A stretch of DNA of 64,000 nt from Candidatus Zixiibacteriota bacterium (GCA_049694315.1 JBAVQU010000023.1:1135-65134), one strand, 5' to 3'. Counted from the first letter of the stretch, positions 19,688 through 30,029 are shown. The notes: generated by a model not told the origin, from the sequence alone. Program-made: numbers and translations.

Positions 19688-20503
19688 TTACCTTTTTGCG
19701 TCCAATACGAAAAGCTCCTCCAAGCTGCTGAAGTCGACGTACGGCGTCACCTCCACGGTTTTGAAAATGCCGAAGGCACGATCCTGTTTCGAGAAATCCT
19801 CTTCATTCTCCACCGCAGTCACTACCCCGATTTTTATTCCCGGAGGAAAGATGCCACCCAAGCCCGAAGTGATGATCCGGTCCCCGGTCTTGACGTCCTC
19901 CCGCAAGGGGACGTTATCGAAGCTCAGACTCGACCCGGACCCTGGTTTTATGATTCCGAACACCCGGGTTTTCTGATCCTGGGCTGAGGCTCTGAAATTC
20001 GGGTCGGTCATCAGTTGGACTACGGAGCTGGAAGAAGAGACGTCCACGATCTTTCCCACCAGACCATTGACGTTCACCACGGACATGTTCCTTCTGATTC
20101 CACTGGCCGATCCTCTGTCTATCAAGACGGAAAACTGCCTTCGGTTAGGTCCTTCTGCCAATACCTCGGCTGGAATCACTTTCTGTTCCAGTTCGGGTCG
20201 GAATTCCAAAAGCTCTCTTAGCCTCTGATTCTCCAGATGCTCCTCGTTTAACCAGGAATTCTTAACCGAAAGCTCCACGGTCTTCAGGCGCAATTTCCGA
20301 TTCTCTTCCCTTACCCCCTCCAGCTCTTTAATCTTATGGCTCAAGGAATAGAACGGTCCATAGGTGCATTTGAAGACGAGGGCGGAGACGTCTGCTTTGA
20401 AATCTCGGGGGAGAATCAAAAACAGAAGGGACAGAAGCAGACAGGTCAGTAAGTGAAGAAAAGTCTCCTTTCTCACGTTGACCAGAGGAAGCGATCTATC
20501 CAT
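19688..20503 (-). CDS. mreC: Rod shape-determining protein MreC
   Basis: N-terminal TM segment, coiled-coil region (LRLKTVELSVKNSWLNEEHLENQRLRELLEF) and a C-terminal beta domain. Operon position upstream of mreD. Confidence 0.85.
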   Translation of the reverse strand: MDRSLPLVNVRKETFLHLLTCLLLSLLFLILPRDFKADVSALVFKCTYGPFYSLSHKIKELEGVREENRKLRLKTVELSVKNSWLNEEHLENQRLRELLEFRPELEQKVIPAEVLAEGPNRRQFSVLIDRGSASGIRRNMSVVNVNGLVGKIVDVSSSSSVVQLMTDPNFRASAQDQKTRVFGIIKPGSGSSLSFDNVPLREDVKTGDRIITSGLGGIFPPGIKIGVVTAVENEEDFSKQDRAFGIFKTVEVTPYVDFSSLEELFVLDAKR

Positions 20504-20654
20504 GATATTCCCGCGTGTGAGCTGAGATTTGAGGCTTCAACCACCGGCGCGACAAAAATAGAGTTTCTTTCTTAGTCCGACATCTCGGTCTGAATCTCTG
20601 TCGTGATCGCCTTTTGGGTCCCGGTCAAGTTCTCTGCGGAGTCAGAAAAGCGAC

Positions 20655-21107
20655 CTACTCCACCGAATCGAGTATTTCCAAGAACTCCTTGGGGCTTTTG
20701 GTCTTCATGAGTTTTTCCCGATTCTTTTCGCCTTTCATCAGGTAGGAGAGCCGGGCCATCACGTTCAGATGAGCTCCTATGGCATCCTCGGGTGCCGCAA
20801 TCAAAAAGAGCAGATCAACCGGTTTTTTGTCCATGGAGTCGAAGTCGATTCCCTTCTTGGGTCTGCCGAAAGCGATGACGATTCCGCGGACGGCCTTGGA
20901 CTTGGCATGAGGAAAAGCCACTCCGTAGCCTACGCCGGTGGTGACCAGTTTTTCCCTATCCAGAATATCCTTCAACAGCTGTTCGCCGTCTTTCACCAGC
21001 TTTGATTTCGCCGCCAACTCGACCAGCTCCTTGATGGCCTGGTCCTTGGTTTCTGCCTTAAGTTCAAAAGATATCAAATCCTCTCCACAAAATTTTGAGA
21101 GCTTCAT
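20655..21107 (-). CDS. ptsN: PTS IIA-type nitrogen-regulatory protein (EIIA-Ntr)
   Basis: 150-aa fructose/mannitol-family EIIA fold with the phospho-His region GVAFPHAKS. Confidence 0.8.
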   Translation of the reverse strand: MKLSKFCGEDLISFELKAETKDQAIKELVELAAKSKLVKDGEQLLKDILDREKLVTTGVGYGVAFPHAKSKAVRGIVIAFGRPKKGIDFDSMDKKPVDLLFLIAAPEDAIGAHLNVMARLSYLMKGEKNREKLMKTKSPKEFLEILDSVE

Positions 21108-21149
21108 TCGTCGATTCCTCCTATTTTATTCTTTTTGGGGTGATCTTTT

Positions 21150-21314
21150 TCAAAATTTCTCCGCCTGATCCACCAGCATTATGGGAATATCATCTCTTAT
21201 GGAATATTTCAACCGGCACTTCTCACAGATGAGTTTCTGGTTCTTCTCGTCAAAAGTTAAATCTCCCTTGCAGGCGGGACAAGCTAAAATCTCCAAAAGT
21301 TTCGGATCGAGCAT
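21150..21314 (-). CDS. Trm112-family small zinc-ribbon protein (UPF0434); below the 60-aa cutoff of the ORF track
   Basis: Reverse-strand translation gives MLDPKLLEILACPACKGDLTFDEKNQKLICEKCRLKYSIRDDIPIMLVDQAEKF (54 aa) with the family's CPxC...C...C arrangement. The 77-aa plus-strand ORF listed here lies antisense to it. Confidence 0.7.
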   Translation of the reverse strand: MLDPKLLEILACPACKGDLTFDEKNQKLICEKCRLKYSIRDDIPIMLVDQAEKF

Positions 21315-21479
21315 CGGTTTTCTCCCTCTTTTTCAAAATCAAGGCGGCTGGTCAGGGGCAAGACGTCGACAAACGAATGTCCGTCAAAGGCGAAAGGTGA
21401 TTAGGTACAAATGACCCCGGACTTTATTCGTCCATAGTTCAAATCAAGTGATTGCCACGCAGGATCGGGTTCCTCGCTT

Positions 21480-22460
21480 TTACTCTCTTTCTATATACTC
21501 ACCCATGACCCTAAACTTGGCAATTCTTTTTTCAATCAATTCCTCGGGGCTCAGTTTTTCCAGCTGATGGATGGACGAGAGTATCTCTTCCTTTAGAATC
21601 TGGGACAGGCCCTTGGGGTCCCGATGCGCACCCCCTCTGGGTTCCGGGATGATCCGGTCAATCACCTTGAGCTGCATCAGATCCGGCGCCGATAGTCTTA
21701 GAGCTTCCGCCGCCTCGGGAGCTTTGGCGCTATCTCTCCAAAGAATGGCGGCACATCCTTCGGGGGAGATCACCGAATACCAGGCGTTTTCCAGCATGAA
21801 GACTCGGTCCCCCACCCCGATTCCCAAAGCTCCTCCGCTGGCTCCCTCGCCGATGATGTTGATGATTACCGGAACCCGGAGGCGGGTCATCTCCCTTAAG
21901 TTTCGGGCTATGGCTTCGGCCTGTCCTCTCTCCTCCGCCCCCACACCGGGAAATGCACCCGGGGTATCTACCAAAATCACCACGGGCTTGCCGAAGCGGG
22001 AGGCCAGTTGCATCAATCTCAGGGCTTTGCGATAACCCTCTGGATGGGGCATGCCGAAGTTTCGATAGAGCTTCTGTTTGGTATCCTTTCCCTTCTGCTG
22101 CCCGACCATCATGACCGGTTTTCCGTCCATCTTGGCGAACCCGCCCACGATGGCCTTGTCGTCGGCAAAGCCCCTGTCCCCGTGCAGCTCAACGAAGTCG
22201 GTGGTCATCAGAGAGATGAAATCCAAGGCGCAAGGGCGCCGGGGATGACGAGCCAGCTGCACTCTCTGCCAGCGAGAAAGCTTGGAGTAAATCTCCTGCG
22301 TGAGCCTGTCGAGCTTGGACTCCAGCGCCTTGATCTCACGGGAAAGCTCCAAGTTCTCCAGGGTCTCCTCGTTTTCCCGGTCAGACAGCTCCTTGAGGTC
22401 ATTTATCCTTTTTTCCAGTTCGATAATCGGTTTCTCGAAATCCAGATGAGGTCCGTTCAT
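21480..22460 (-). CDS. accA: Acetyl-CoA carboxylase carboxyltransferase alpha subunit
   Basis: 326 aa with an N-terminal coiled coil. Characteristic segments [51 protein letters not shown] and [14 protein letters not shown]. Confidence 0.9.
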   Translation of the reverse strand: MNGPHLDFEKPIIELEKRINDLKELSDRENEETLENLELSREIKALESKLDRLTQEIYSKLSRWQRVQLARHPRRPCALDFISLMTTDFVELHGDRGFADDKAIVGGFAKMDGKPVMMVGQQKGKDTKQKLYRNFGMPHPEGYRKALRLMQLASRFGKPVVILVDTPGAFPGVGAEERGQAEAIARNLREMTRLRVPVIINIIGEGASGGALGIGVGDRVFMLENAWYSVISPEGCAAILWRDSAKAPEAAEALRLSAPDLMQLKVIDRIIPEPRGGAHRDPKGLSQILKEEILSSIHQLEKLSPEELIEKRIAKFRVMGEYIERE

Positions 22461-22487
22461 TTCTTCCCTCTTGATCAGTTCTCTTTT

Positions 22488-23369
22488 CTAGGCATTACGC
22501 AGGAGGTTTGTCCAGATGCCAAACCACAGTCGCACCCAGATGCCAAAAAACACCATCCCTCTTAGGGGTACGTCAGGATGATGATGCTTAGTATAGAAAT
22601 AATACATGCTCCGGTGATGTTCCACCAACATCTTGAGTTTTCTCTTTTCCGTGCTTCTCCCGATGTGATGAATAACCACCGAATTCGGAAAATAGTAGAC
22701 CAAAAATCCAGCCTTTTTAGCACGATAGCAAAAATCCACATCCTCAACATACATAAAGAAACGCTCATCTAAAAGCCCTATCTTCTCAAATAACTCCCTT
22801 TTGGCCAGAAGACATGAGCCGGAGACCCAGTCCACCTCCATTTTCTGATTGCGATCTTGATCTTTCAGAAGGTATCTACGGGACAAAGGATTGCGAGGAA
22901 ACAGCTTGTTTAGTATGGATTGACTGGACGAGATGGCGGTTTGGTAGGAAGGAAAAGAACGAGCGGAGAATTGAATCCTTCCATGCGGGTCGACCATCTG
23001 AGGACCGCATACTCCTATCTGAGGGGCAGAATGCATGAACTTGACCATCTCCGTGACTCCTCCAAGTGTGAACTCTGTGTCTGGATTTAGAAGCAAGATG
23101 TATCTTCCTCGACTCTGTTCTATTCCTTGATTGCAAGCTCGGGAAAAGCCCAAATTCCGTGGGTTTTCGATCAACTTGACACTGGGAAAGTGCTCCTTTA
23201 GCATCTCTGCGCTGTGATCCTCAGAATGATTATCCACGACTATCGCTTCAAACTTCAAATCCTTTTCAAAATCACCAATTGATTCCAAGCATTTCTCTAA
23301 TAGATTCTTCACATTATGACTAACTATGATAACGGAGAGGTCGGTATCTGGCTCAAAGGAGAACACCAT
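22488..23369 (-). CDS. Family 2 glycosyltransferase
   Basis: GT-A motifs LSVIIVSHN and IVVDNHSED, plus a DxD region. Confidence 0.8.
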   Translation of the reverse strand: MVFSFEPDTDLSVIIVSHNVKNLLEKCLESIGDFEKDLKFEAIVVDNHSEDHSAEMLKEHFPSVKLIENPRNLGFSRACNQGIEQSRGRYILLLNPDTEFTLGGVTEMVKFMHSAPQIGVCGPQMVDPHGRIQFSARSFPSYQTAISSSQSILNKLFPRNPLSRRYLLKDQDRNQKMEVDWVSGSCLLAKRELFEKIGLLDERFFMYVEDVDFCYRAKKAGFLVYYFPNSVVIHHIGRSTEKRKLKMLVEHHRSMYYFYTKHHHPDVPLRGMVFFGIWVRLWFGIWTNLLRNA

Positions 23370-23448
23370 GATTGGTTACTTCCGGCGTGGTATGACCGAT
23401 TTTGCCATGAATATGAAAAGCAAGATTCACCAATTCATGTACTCGTGA

Positions 23449-23505
23449 CCTCACCCCCTCCTTTCTCCCCTCTCCATGAAAGGGAGAGAGGGATAGGGGG
23501 AGAGG
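23449..23505. repeat. Palindromic REP-like intergenic element, family A (inverted copy)
   Basis: CCTCACCCCCTCCTTTCTCCCCTCTCCATGAAAGGGAGAGAGGGATAGGGGGAGAGG. It is the reverse complement, with minor changes, of the elements at 52339 and 55849, and it is internally self-complementary. Confidence 0.6.
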
Positions 23506-23509
23506 TCTA

Positions 23510-24223
23510 TCATAATTTGCCTAAAAGACTCCACAACCTCAGCCTCCACACCATCCAGACGGCTTCCCTCACAATCTTCTTGGACATCTTGGATTGACCC
23601 AGCTTCCGATCCTCGAACACTATGGGTATCTCTTTTAGGCGAAATCCTTTCTTCCAGGCGCGAAAGCTCATCTCTATCTGGAAGGAATATCCATTGGATT
23701 TGACTTTGTCGAAATCGATGGCCTCCAAAACCTGCCGGCGAAAGCATTTGAAGCCGCCGGTCGCGTCCCTGACCGGAAGCCCGGTGACCACCCGCGAATA
23801 GGCATTGGCATAATAGGAAAGAAGCAGTCGGGACATGGGCCAGTTGATCACGTTTACTCCGCTAATGTAGCGTGAGCCCAATACCAAATCTGCGTCCTGG
23901 ATAGCCATCAGGAAGTCAGGAATGTATTTGGGGTCATGCGAAAAATCACAGTCCATCTCAAATACCAGATCGTAACCTTTTTCCAGGGCGAATCCGAAGC
24001 CGGCGATGTAGGCCTTACCCAGCCCGCTTTTGTTTTGCCGATGAAGCACCAGGATACGATCATTCTCTTGCGCCATCTGATCGGCTATTTTGCCGGTGCC
24101 GTCCGGGGAGTTGTCATCCACGACCAGCACATGAATGGATGGATCCTTATCCAGGATCAAAGGAACGATGGTCCGGATGTTTTCCCGTTCATCATATGTG
24201 GGAACTATGACCAAAGTCTTCAT
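23510..24223 (-). CDS. GT2 polyprenol-phosphate mannosyl/glucosyl transferase (Dpm1-like)
   Basis: VIVPTYDERENI, VLVVDDNSPDGT. A 4-nt ATGA overlap with the upstream YfhO-like gene. Confidence 0.8.
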   Translation of the reverse strand: MKTLVIVPTYDERENIRTIVPLILDKDPSIHVLVVDDNSPDGTGKIADQMAQENDRILVLHRQNKSGLGKAYIAGFGFALEKGYDLVFEMDCDFSHDPKYIPDFLMAIQDADLVLGSRYISGVNVINWPMSRLLLSYYANAYSRVVTGLPVRDATGGFKCFRRQVLEAIDFDKVKSNGYSFQIEMSFRAWKKGFRLKEIPIVFEDRKLGQSKMSKKIVREAVWMVWRLRLWSLLGKL

Positions 24224-26709
24224 CTTCTCTCAGCGTCCGTTGAGGGTTTGGCTTTCACCTTCCTCTGAACAAGCTGTTTGCCCAAATGCAGTCCTAACAG
24301 TAACACCAGAAGCAGGGACGTCAGGAGGGTGGAGGTTTTTCCAATGCGGTAGGGAACGGAGCGGAAGACAAACTCCACTTTATGCGTTCCCCGGTCCAAA
24401 AACACCGCGCGAAACAGATAATCCGCCCGATAGATTCTGGTTTCTTTGCCATCCACGTAAGCCTTCCAAGCGGGATAATAATTCTCGCTTAGGATCAGAA
24501 AACCAGGCTGGGTCAGCTCCGCTTCCACCTCGAAGCTGTTTATCCGGTCTTGGTCTATCCGTGCCTGTCCTCTTGCCGACGAAGTGTCCCTCGAGCCGAG
24601 GGAGACTTGAGGCTCTTCCTCCAGGATTATGGTATTCCGGTAATCGAAACCCGGATCGGCAATTCTCTTCAGTATCTCGTCCCGTTTTCTGATCACCTCA
24701 TATTTGAAGACAATCCGGGCCCGGGGAAGATTGGTCTCATTTTGAAAAACGTAGATTCCATCCCCCTGAAAGACCTGCCTGAACTTGGGATGCTGAAAAG
24801 GCTGCGCTGTCAGAAAGTATTTGGCATTGAGAAGGTCGGGCCTGTTTCCAAAGAGAAACTGGGTATAGATTTTCCCGTACTCATCCTGGGTTTTCGCCTG
24901 TTCTAAGGCTTTTCTGTCGGTGAAGTCGTCGTAGGCTTTGAGCTGGTTGCCATGGTAGCCCAGGACCTGCCTGATGCCGAAGAGGGCCAACGTGTTTTCG
25001 CCCTGATAGGTGCGAGGCAGCGACATCACCCGGAACTGGTCCTTATCCTTTTGCAGAAATTCTATGGTGCTGTCCTTGCGAAAATGAGTTTCAGCGTCGA
25101 AATTCTGGATGAATTTGAGGTCCAGCCGCCACAGATCGAAAACCGAAAGCACTCCGATCCATAAAATGAATAGGGTGAAGCTTATTCTCTGTTTAACGAA
25201 AAGATAGCAAGCCGCAGCCGCCAGTCCCACCAGAACGAAAGCCAGCCAAAACCCTCTTATGATGTTAGGTAAGTTCTGGCTCTTGATCTGGCTTTTGTAT
25301 GAGTCTATGCCGGAATAGAAGATCCCGGTCCAAATGGAGAGGAGCAGATCACCGGCAATGGTAAAGAGAAGGGAGAGTCCCAAAAAGATGGCGACCAAGA
25401 TTGCGAGAATCTTGAAAAGCTTCTTCTGTTCTCCCGGCTCTCTCATTCCTTTCCACAGGCGCTCCAAGAAAAGTGCGGCCAGGAAAACGACCGAGAACAC
25501 CAAGAGGAAAAGAATCAGACTGGGCGCCCGGAAATTCTTCACTTGAGGGACGAAATAATAGAATAGTCGATAGATGGGAGTGTGTCCTCCCAGAGAGTAT
25601 ATAATGGCCAGGGCCGAAAGCCCCACGAAGAACCAGACCTTTTTGTCTTTGACGAAGAAAAGAGCAAGGAAGGCGAAAATCAAGGGGATGATGCCCCCGT
25701 AGTCTGCGTTTTGCTTGAATGGATTCCTTCCCCAGTAGGTGTTCTCCTCCTGCAGGTTGTAACCGCAGAACTCCGGCACCACCTGAGAGGCCAGCTCCTC
25801 CGGATGGGCCGACCAGGAAACCGCATACTCATATCCCCTGCCCCCCTCGGCCCGGGGAGAATACTTGTTAACGTAAATGTAGGGAGGAAGTATCTGAACC
25901 AAGGACAAGGCCAGTCCGATGATAACTGCTACTGCAAAGAACAAAACCGGCTTGAAAAGAGGCTTGATTCTCTGGGATTTGGAAACCTCCTTATTGGTTG
26001 AGTACTGCGACACCAGATAGAAAACGAAGTACAGCCCCACTGCCCAGAGGGCGTAATAAGCCAATTGAGGATGATTCGCCAGAATCAGAAGCCCGATAGC
26101 AAAACCCAATCCCAAATAGAAGATCCATTTCCGCGTATCCAGAGCCTTCTGCAGGAAGAAGAAGAGCAGGGGAAGAAGGCTGGTGACGTACATCCTTCCA
26201 TCCTGACCTCCGTAGACCCAAGTTACCAGGCTGGCGGAAAACATGTAGGCGATCGCAGAGAACAAAGAAACCGGTCGAGAGAACCTGAATGCTCGCATGC
26301 AAAGAGAAGTGAAAATCCCTGCCAGAAAAACAGTGAACACCAGTTTCCAACCCAAAGCCCGGTAAATAGGGAGGATGAACTGAAGCGCGGCTAAAGGATA
26401 GAAGGTGTCTCCATGCATGGCGTCCACGAAAGGCATGCCCCCGAAAAGGTAAGGGTTCCATTGAGGAATGGCATGATAATGCTGTACGAATGAAGCGTAG
26501 AACGATCTGAACATCACGCCGGCCTCAATGGAGTCGGTCCCGAAAAGCATTTGGTCGGAGAAGACAAAACCGGAAAAAAGGAGGATGGTCATAACAAATA
26601 GCAGGCCGAAGGGCAGATATCGCCAGATCTTTTCTTCGCTCTTCGAGTCGATAGCCTTAGTCTTATTGGGTTCGACGAATTTATCTTTCTTGGTTTTTCC
26701 TTTTTTCAT
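24220..26709 (-). CDS. YfhO-like large polytopic membrane protein (GT-C-like glycosyltransferase candidate)
   Basis: 829 aa. Lys-rich cytoplasmic N-terminus, more than 12 predicted TM helices and a C-terminal soluble domain. The YfhO assignment rests on topology and size only. Confidence 0.5.
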   Translation of the reverse strand: MKKGKTKKDKFVEPNKTKAIDSKSEEKIWRYLPFGLLFVMTILLFSGFVFSDQMLFGTDSIEAGVMFRSFYASFVQHYHAIPQWNPYLFGGMPFVDAMHGDTFYPLAALQFILPIYRALGWKLVFTVFLAGIFTSLCMRAFRFSRPVSLFSAIAYMFSASLVTWVYGGQDGRMYVTSLLPLLFFFLQKALDTRKWIFYLGLGFAIGLLILANHPQLAYYALWAVGLYFVFYLVSQYSTNKEVSKSQRIKPLFKPVLFFAVAVIIGLALSLVQILPPYIYVNKYSPRAEGGRGYEYAVSWSAHPEELASQVVPEFCGYNLQEENTYWGRNPFKQNADYGGIIPLIFAFLALFFVKDKKVWFFVGLSALAIIYSLGGHTPIYRLFYYFVPQVKNFRAPSLILFLLVFSVVFLAALFLERLWKGMREPGEQKKLFKILAILVAIFLGLSLLFTIAGDLLLSIWTGIFYSGIDSYKSQIKSQNLPNIIRGFWLAFVLVGLAAAACYLFVKQRISFTLFILWIGVLSVFDLWRLDLKFIQNFDAETHFRKDSTIEFLQKDKDQFRVMSLPRTYQGENTLALFGIRQVLGYHGNQLKAYDDFTDRKALEQAKTQDEYGKIYTQFLFGNRPDLLNAKYFLTAQPFQHPKFRQVFQGDGIYVFQNETNLPRARIVFKYEVIRKRDEILKRIADPGFDYRNTIILEEEPQVSLGSRDTSSARGQARIDQDRINSFEVEAELTQPGFLILSENYYPAWKAYVDGKETRIYRADYLFRAVFLDRGTHKVEFVFRSVPYRIGKTSTLLTSLLLVLLLGLHLGKQLVQRKVKAKPSTDAERR

Positions 26710-26798
26710 TTTTCCTCTTGTTCATCGTGACCGAATTCTGCATGGTTCCTTACCCGGGATGAACCCGGGGCTACGTCCATATCTGCCTTGCGAAAGCG

Positions 26799-27725
26799 TC
26801 ATCTCAGGGGTACAGCAATCGCAAAACACAAAAGCTCTCCGGCTGTTATCCACAGCCGGGACAGAAGCGAAATCAGAGTTGCCACGGGAAGCGGAAAGAG
26901 GGAAGGGAAAAGCGCGGAGAGCAAAAAAACCAAAATTCCCTCCCTCACCCCGATTCCGCCGGGTGTGAAAATCGCCAAAAAGCCGACGTTCAACGAAAAG
27001 GCAAAGGCTCCAGTCAAGGGTAGATACGTGTTGAAAGAAGCTTTAGCCATCGAATTCACAAATACCAGAAACGCCAGACCAAACAAAAACCAAGACAAGG
27101 AATAACACAAAATGTAAATAATAACGTCCTTAACGCTAATATCAAGACTAATCTTTTCTTTTTTCAAGACCCCCAGTCCCAGGTTCAGAACTCTTTCTAA
27201 CACTTTGGGATAACACAGAAGCACCAGCACTGCCAGGCTCAAGACCACTCCCGCTATCATCAGCCCCGGGTTTCGGGAGAAGAAGCGAGAATACAAATCC
27301 GCGCCCAGAAAAATAACGGAGATGAGCAGGCCGGAGATAACGGAGAAGGCTTGAGCCAAGACTCCGGTGGAGAAGCTGTTTCTCTTTGGAACACCTTCTT
27401 TTTCCAACATGTAGATCATTCCCAAAAACTGCCAGACCTTTCCCGGAACGTATTTGCCCAGATTGGCGAAAAACCAGACCTTGAAAAGCTTGAAGTAAGA
27501 CACAGACGAGCCGGTATGGCGCAGCATCCTCTGCCAGATTTTCACCAGCCCAAAAAGCGCCACCATCTGAAGTACAAACGAGCCGATCAAAAGTGCCCAG
27601 TTGAATTGCCAGTTGAAATCCTTCACCTGGCTCCAGTTGGAGACTAAACTCTTGATCAGAAAATAGAATATCAGAACGATGATCAGAACCTGGGCTGACT
27701 TGAGCAAGAACCTCTTAGTATTCAT
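26799..27725 (-). CDS. Lysylphosphatidylglycerol-synthase-TM-like (flippase-like, UPF0104) membrane protein
   Basis: 308 aa with 7-8 TM helices. N-terminus MNTKRFLLKSAQVLIIVLIFYFLIKSL...W is typical of this family, which is often linked to GT genes. ATGA overlap with the upstream GT4 gene. Confidence 0.55.
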   Translation of the reverse strand: MNTKRFLLKSAQVLIIVLIFYFLIKSLVSNWSQVKDFNWQFNWALLIGSFVLQMVALFGLVKIWQRMLRHTGSSVSYFKLFKVWFFANLGKYVPGKVWQFLGMIYMLEKEGVPKRNSFSTGVLAQAFSVISGLLISVIFLGADLYSRFFSRNPGLMIAGVVLSLAVLVLLCYPKVLERVLNLGLGVLKKEKISLDISVKDVIIYILCYSLSWFLFGLAFLVFVNSMAKASFNTYLPLTGAFAFSLNVGFLAIFTPGGIGVREGILVFLLSALFPSLFPLPVATLISLLSRLWITAGELLCFAIAVPLR

Positions 27726-28909
27726 CGGAGCACTTCCAGATATTTATGTGAAACTGCCTGAGGAGAGAACTTCGCCATGGCGCTTTGATAACCTCCTTCA
27801 GCCAGTCGTGAAGCCAGATTGTGGTCGGTTAGAATTCTTTCCATGGCAGTCGCCAGGCTGACGTGGTCTTGGGGAGGGACCAGGATTCCACTTTGACCGT
27901 CTTCGATTATGTCGGTGATTCCGCCGGAGCGCGTGCCTATCACCGGTCTTCTGCAGAGTTGAGCCTCCACCAGGACCAGGCCGAAACCTTCGTCCAATGA
28001 GGGGAGGATACAAAGATAGCTTTCCTCGTAAAGCAGGTTCAGTTTCTCCTGCGGCATGATGTCAGCCAGAACGACTCTATCTTTTAAGTTCAGTTTCTTT
28101 ATCTGCTCTTGGAGGGAATTCCTCAGCGGTCCCTCTCCCACGATCTTAGCTTGAAAATTGATCCCCTTATCGTTAAGTATCTTGCATGCGTCCAGAAAGA
28201 AGCCCAGTCCCTTCTGGGGAGTGAAACGCGCCACGCAGAGTATCAACTTGACCCCATTGTTCTTTAACGGCGTGGGCTTGAAAACCTCTGGGGTGACGGG
28301 CATAGGAATGGTCTTGACTCTTTCAGGCTCCAACCGGACGCTTTTGATCAACTTCTCTTTCAAGAAGGTAGAGACGGTGGTCACGTGTCTTGCCCGGCGG
28401 TAAACCAAACCAGCCACCCGGGAAGAAAGGCCTGTTTTTTCCAGTATGCGAATATCTGTTCCGTGTGAAGTGACGATCAAGGGCTTCCGGCCCAAGAGAG
28501 AGACGATCCATCCTATGAATCCTCCCGGAATCCACCATTGGGCCCAGATTAAGTCGATCCTTTTTCTGATCAACAGACCCAGACTTCGAAGCAGAAAAGC
28601 CATCAGAAAAGACAAAAACAGAAACTTGTTGACCCAGCTTCGGGCCACCAGCTCATGCATGTTGCCTAGATAAGCCAACCTTTCTTTTCCAGCCGGCGCA
28701 TATCTGAACCGATACACCACCACCCCGTCCATGGTCTCAGACGTCTTCAGACCTTTCTGATGCGGAGCCAAGACCAAGACCTTTCGCCCGGCTTGAACCA
28801 GTCCTTTGGCGACAATGTGGACAAAAAGACCGGCATGGTCCCCGGGGAAGCGGACGTAATTATGGGTCAGAATCAAGATGGCGGGCGCACTTTTGCTTGG
28901 TGATAACAC
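27722..28909 (-). CDS. Family 4 glycosyltransferase (GT-B)
   Basis: C-terminal GT1/GT4 signature EGFGLVLVEAQLCRRPVIGTRSGG. Confidence 0.8.
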   Translation of the reverse strand: MLSPSKSAPAILILTHNYVRFPGDHAGLFVHIVAKGLVQAGRKVLVLAPHQKGLKTSETMDGVVVYRFRYAPAGKERLAYLGNMHELVARSWVNKFLFLSFLMAFLLRSLGLLIRKRIDLIWAQWWIPGGFIGWIVSLLGRKPLIVTSHGTDIRILEKTGLSSRVAGLVYRRARHVTTVSTFLKEKLIKSVRLEPERVKTIPMPVTPEVFKPTPLKNNGVKLILCVARFTPQKGLGFFLDACKILNDKGINFQAKIVGEGPLRNSLQEQIKKLNLKDRVVLADIMPQEKLNLLYEESYLCILPSLDEGFGLVLVEAQLCRRPVIGTRSGGITDIIEDGQSGILVPPQDHVSLATAMERILTDHNLASRLAEGGYQSAMAKFSPQAVSHKYLEVLR

Positions 28910-28999
28910 TTTCGGTTTTCTTATGGTAATGGCTCACCCTGTCGACAACCGGCAGGGTTTGCCTTTTGCACGGAAATGGATGAAGCAGATTCGGCAGAC

Positions 29000-30025
29000 T
29001 CAGGACTGTTCTTTCTGTTCACCGGATCTTTGGGCTTTGTTGTGGATGGGGCCCCGCCGAAACTGCCTTTGTGGCCAGCTCATGGGTAATCTCTCTTTGG
29101 CGGAGACTCTGCTGGCCAAGGCTGTTATCTCGTTTTTCATGCTGGTTATGGCTTCGGCCAGAAAACCCAAAGCGAAAAATGAAATCCCCGAAAGAACCAG
29201 GAGAATGACGAGATATAAAAGCGGTCTGAATCCCTCATGCTTGGCGATTCTGAGATAGACTGCCACTCCGCCCGTCAGAACGCCCAGAAGGATCGAGGCC
29301 AACCCCACAGAGCCAAACAAAAGCAAGGGTTTCTTCATGAAGGAGAGCTGGAATTTTACCGAGAGGAGGTCCAAAAAGCCGATGGGAATCCTCCAGAATC
29401 CAAATTTGGATTGACCGAACCTCCGGGGATACAGAGTGACTTTGGCTTCACCAATTTTGTATCCCTTATCCGCCGCCATCACCACCATGTACCTGTGCCA
29501 ATCCTTCCGGAGCGGCACGTCCGGCACCACCTCTCGCCTGAACGCCTTGACCGAATTCATGTCGTGAACCCCGACCCGGAAGATGACCCGCGACAGCAGG
29601 TTATAAATGAATGAGACCAAGCGCTTGAGGCCGTATGATCCCTGCTTCCATCCGCACACCACGTCATATCCCGCATCAATTCTATCGACGAGCTTGGGGA
29701 TGTCCTGGGGGAGATACTGCAAATCGGCCGGCCAGAAGACGAAGATTCTTCCGCGGGCCTTGGAGAATCCGGTCATCAAAGCCTGGGTCAATCCCTGGTT
29801 TCTCCGGTGACCCACTATCCTCAAAAAGCCGTATCTTTCCTGACACTCCCTGGCCTTAAGAAACGTTCCATCGGTGGAACCATCGTCCACCAGGATCACT
29901 TCGCCGCTCATTCTGCTTTCGGAGAACATCTTGGAGAACTCCTCCATCAGCAGAGGGACGTTCTCCGCCTCGTTGTAAGCCGGAACCACCACCGAAACCT
30001 TGACATTTCCGTTTGGTCTGTGCAT
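29000..30025 (-). CDS. GT2 glycosyltransferase with C-terminal TM helices (GtrB/ArnC-like polyprenyl-phosphate sugar transferase)
   Basis: VSVVVPAYNEAENV, ILVDDGSTDGT, and two C-terminal TM helices. Confidence 0.8.
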   Translation of the reverse strand: MHRPNGNVKVSVVVPAYNEAENVPLLMEEFSKMFSESRMSGEVILVDDGSTDGTFLKARECQERYGFLRIVGHRRNQGLTQALMTGFSKARGRIFVFWPADLQYLPQDIPKLVDRIDAGYDVVCGWKQGSYGLKRLVSFIYNLLSRVIFRVGVHDMNSVKAFRREVVPDVPLRKDWHRYMVVMAADKGYKIGEAKVTLYPRRFGQSKFGFWRIPIGFLDLLSVKFQLSFMKKPLLLFGSVGLASILLGVLTGGVAVYLRIAKHEGFRPLLYLVILLVLSGISFFALGFLAEAITSMKNEITALASRVSAKERLPMSWPQRQFRRGPIHNKAQRSGEQKEQS

Positions 30026-30029
30026 GCTC

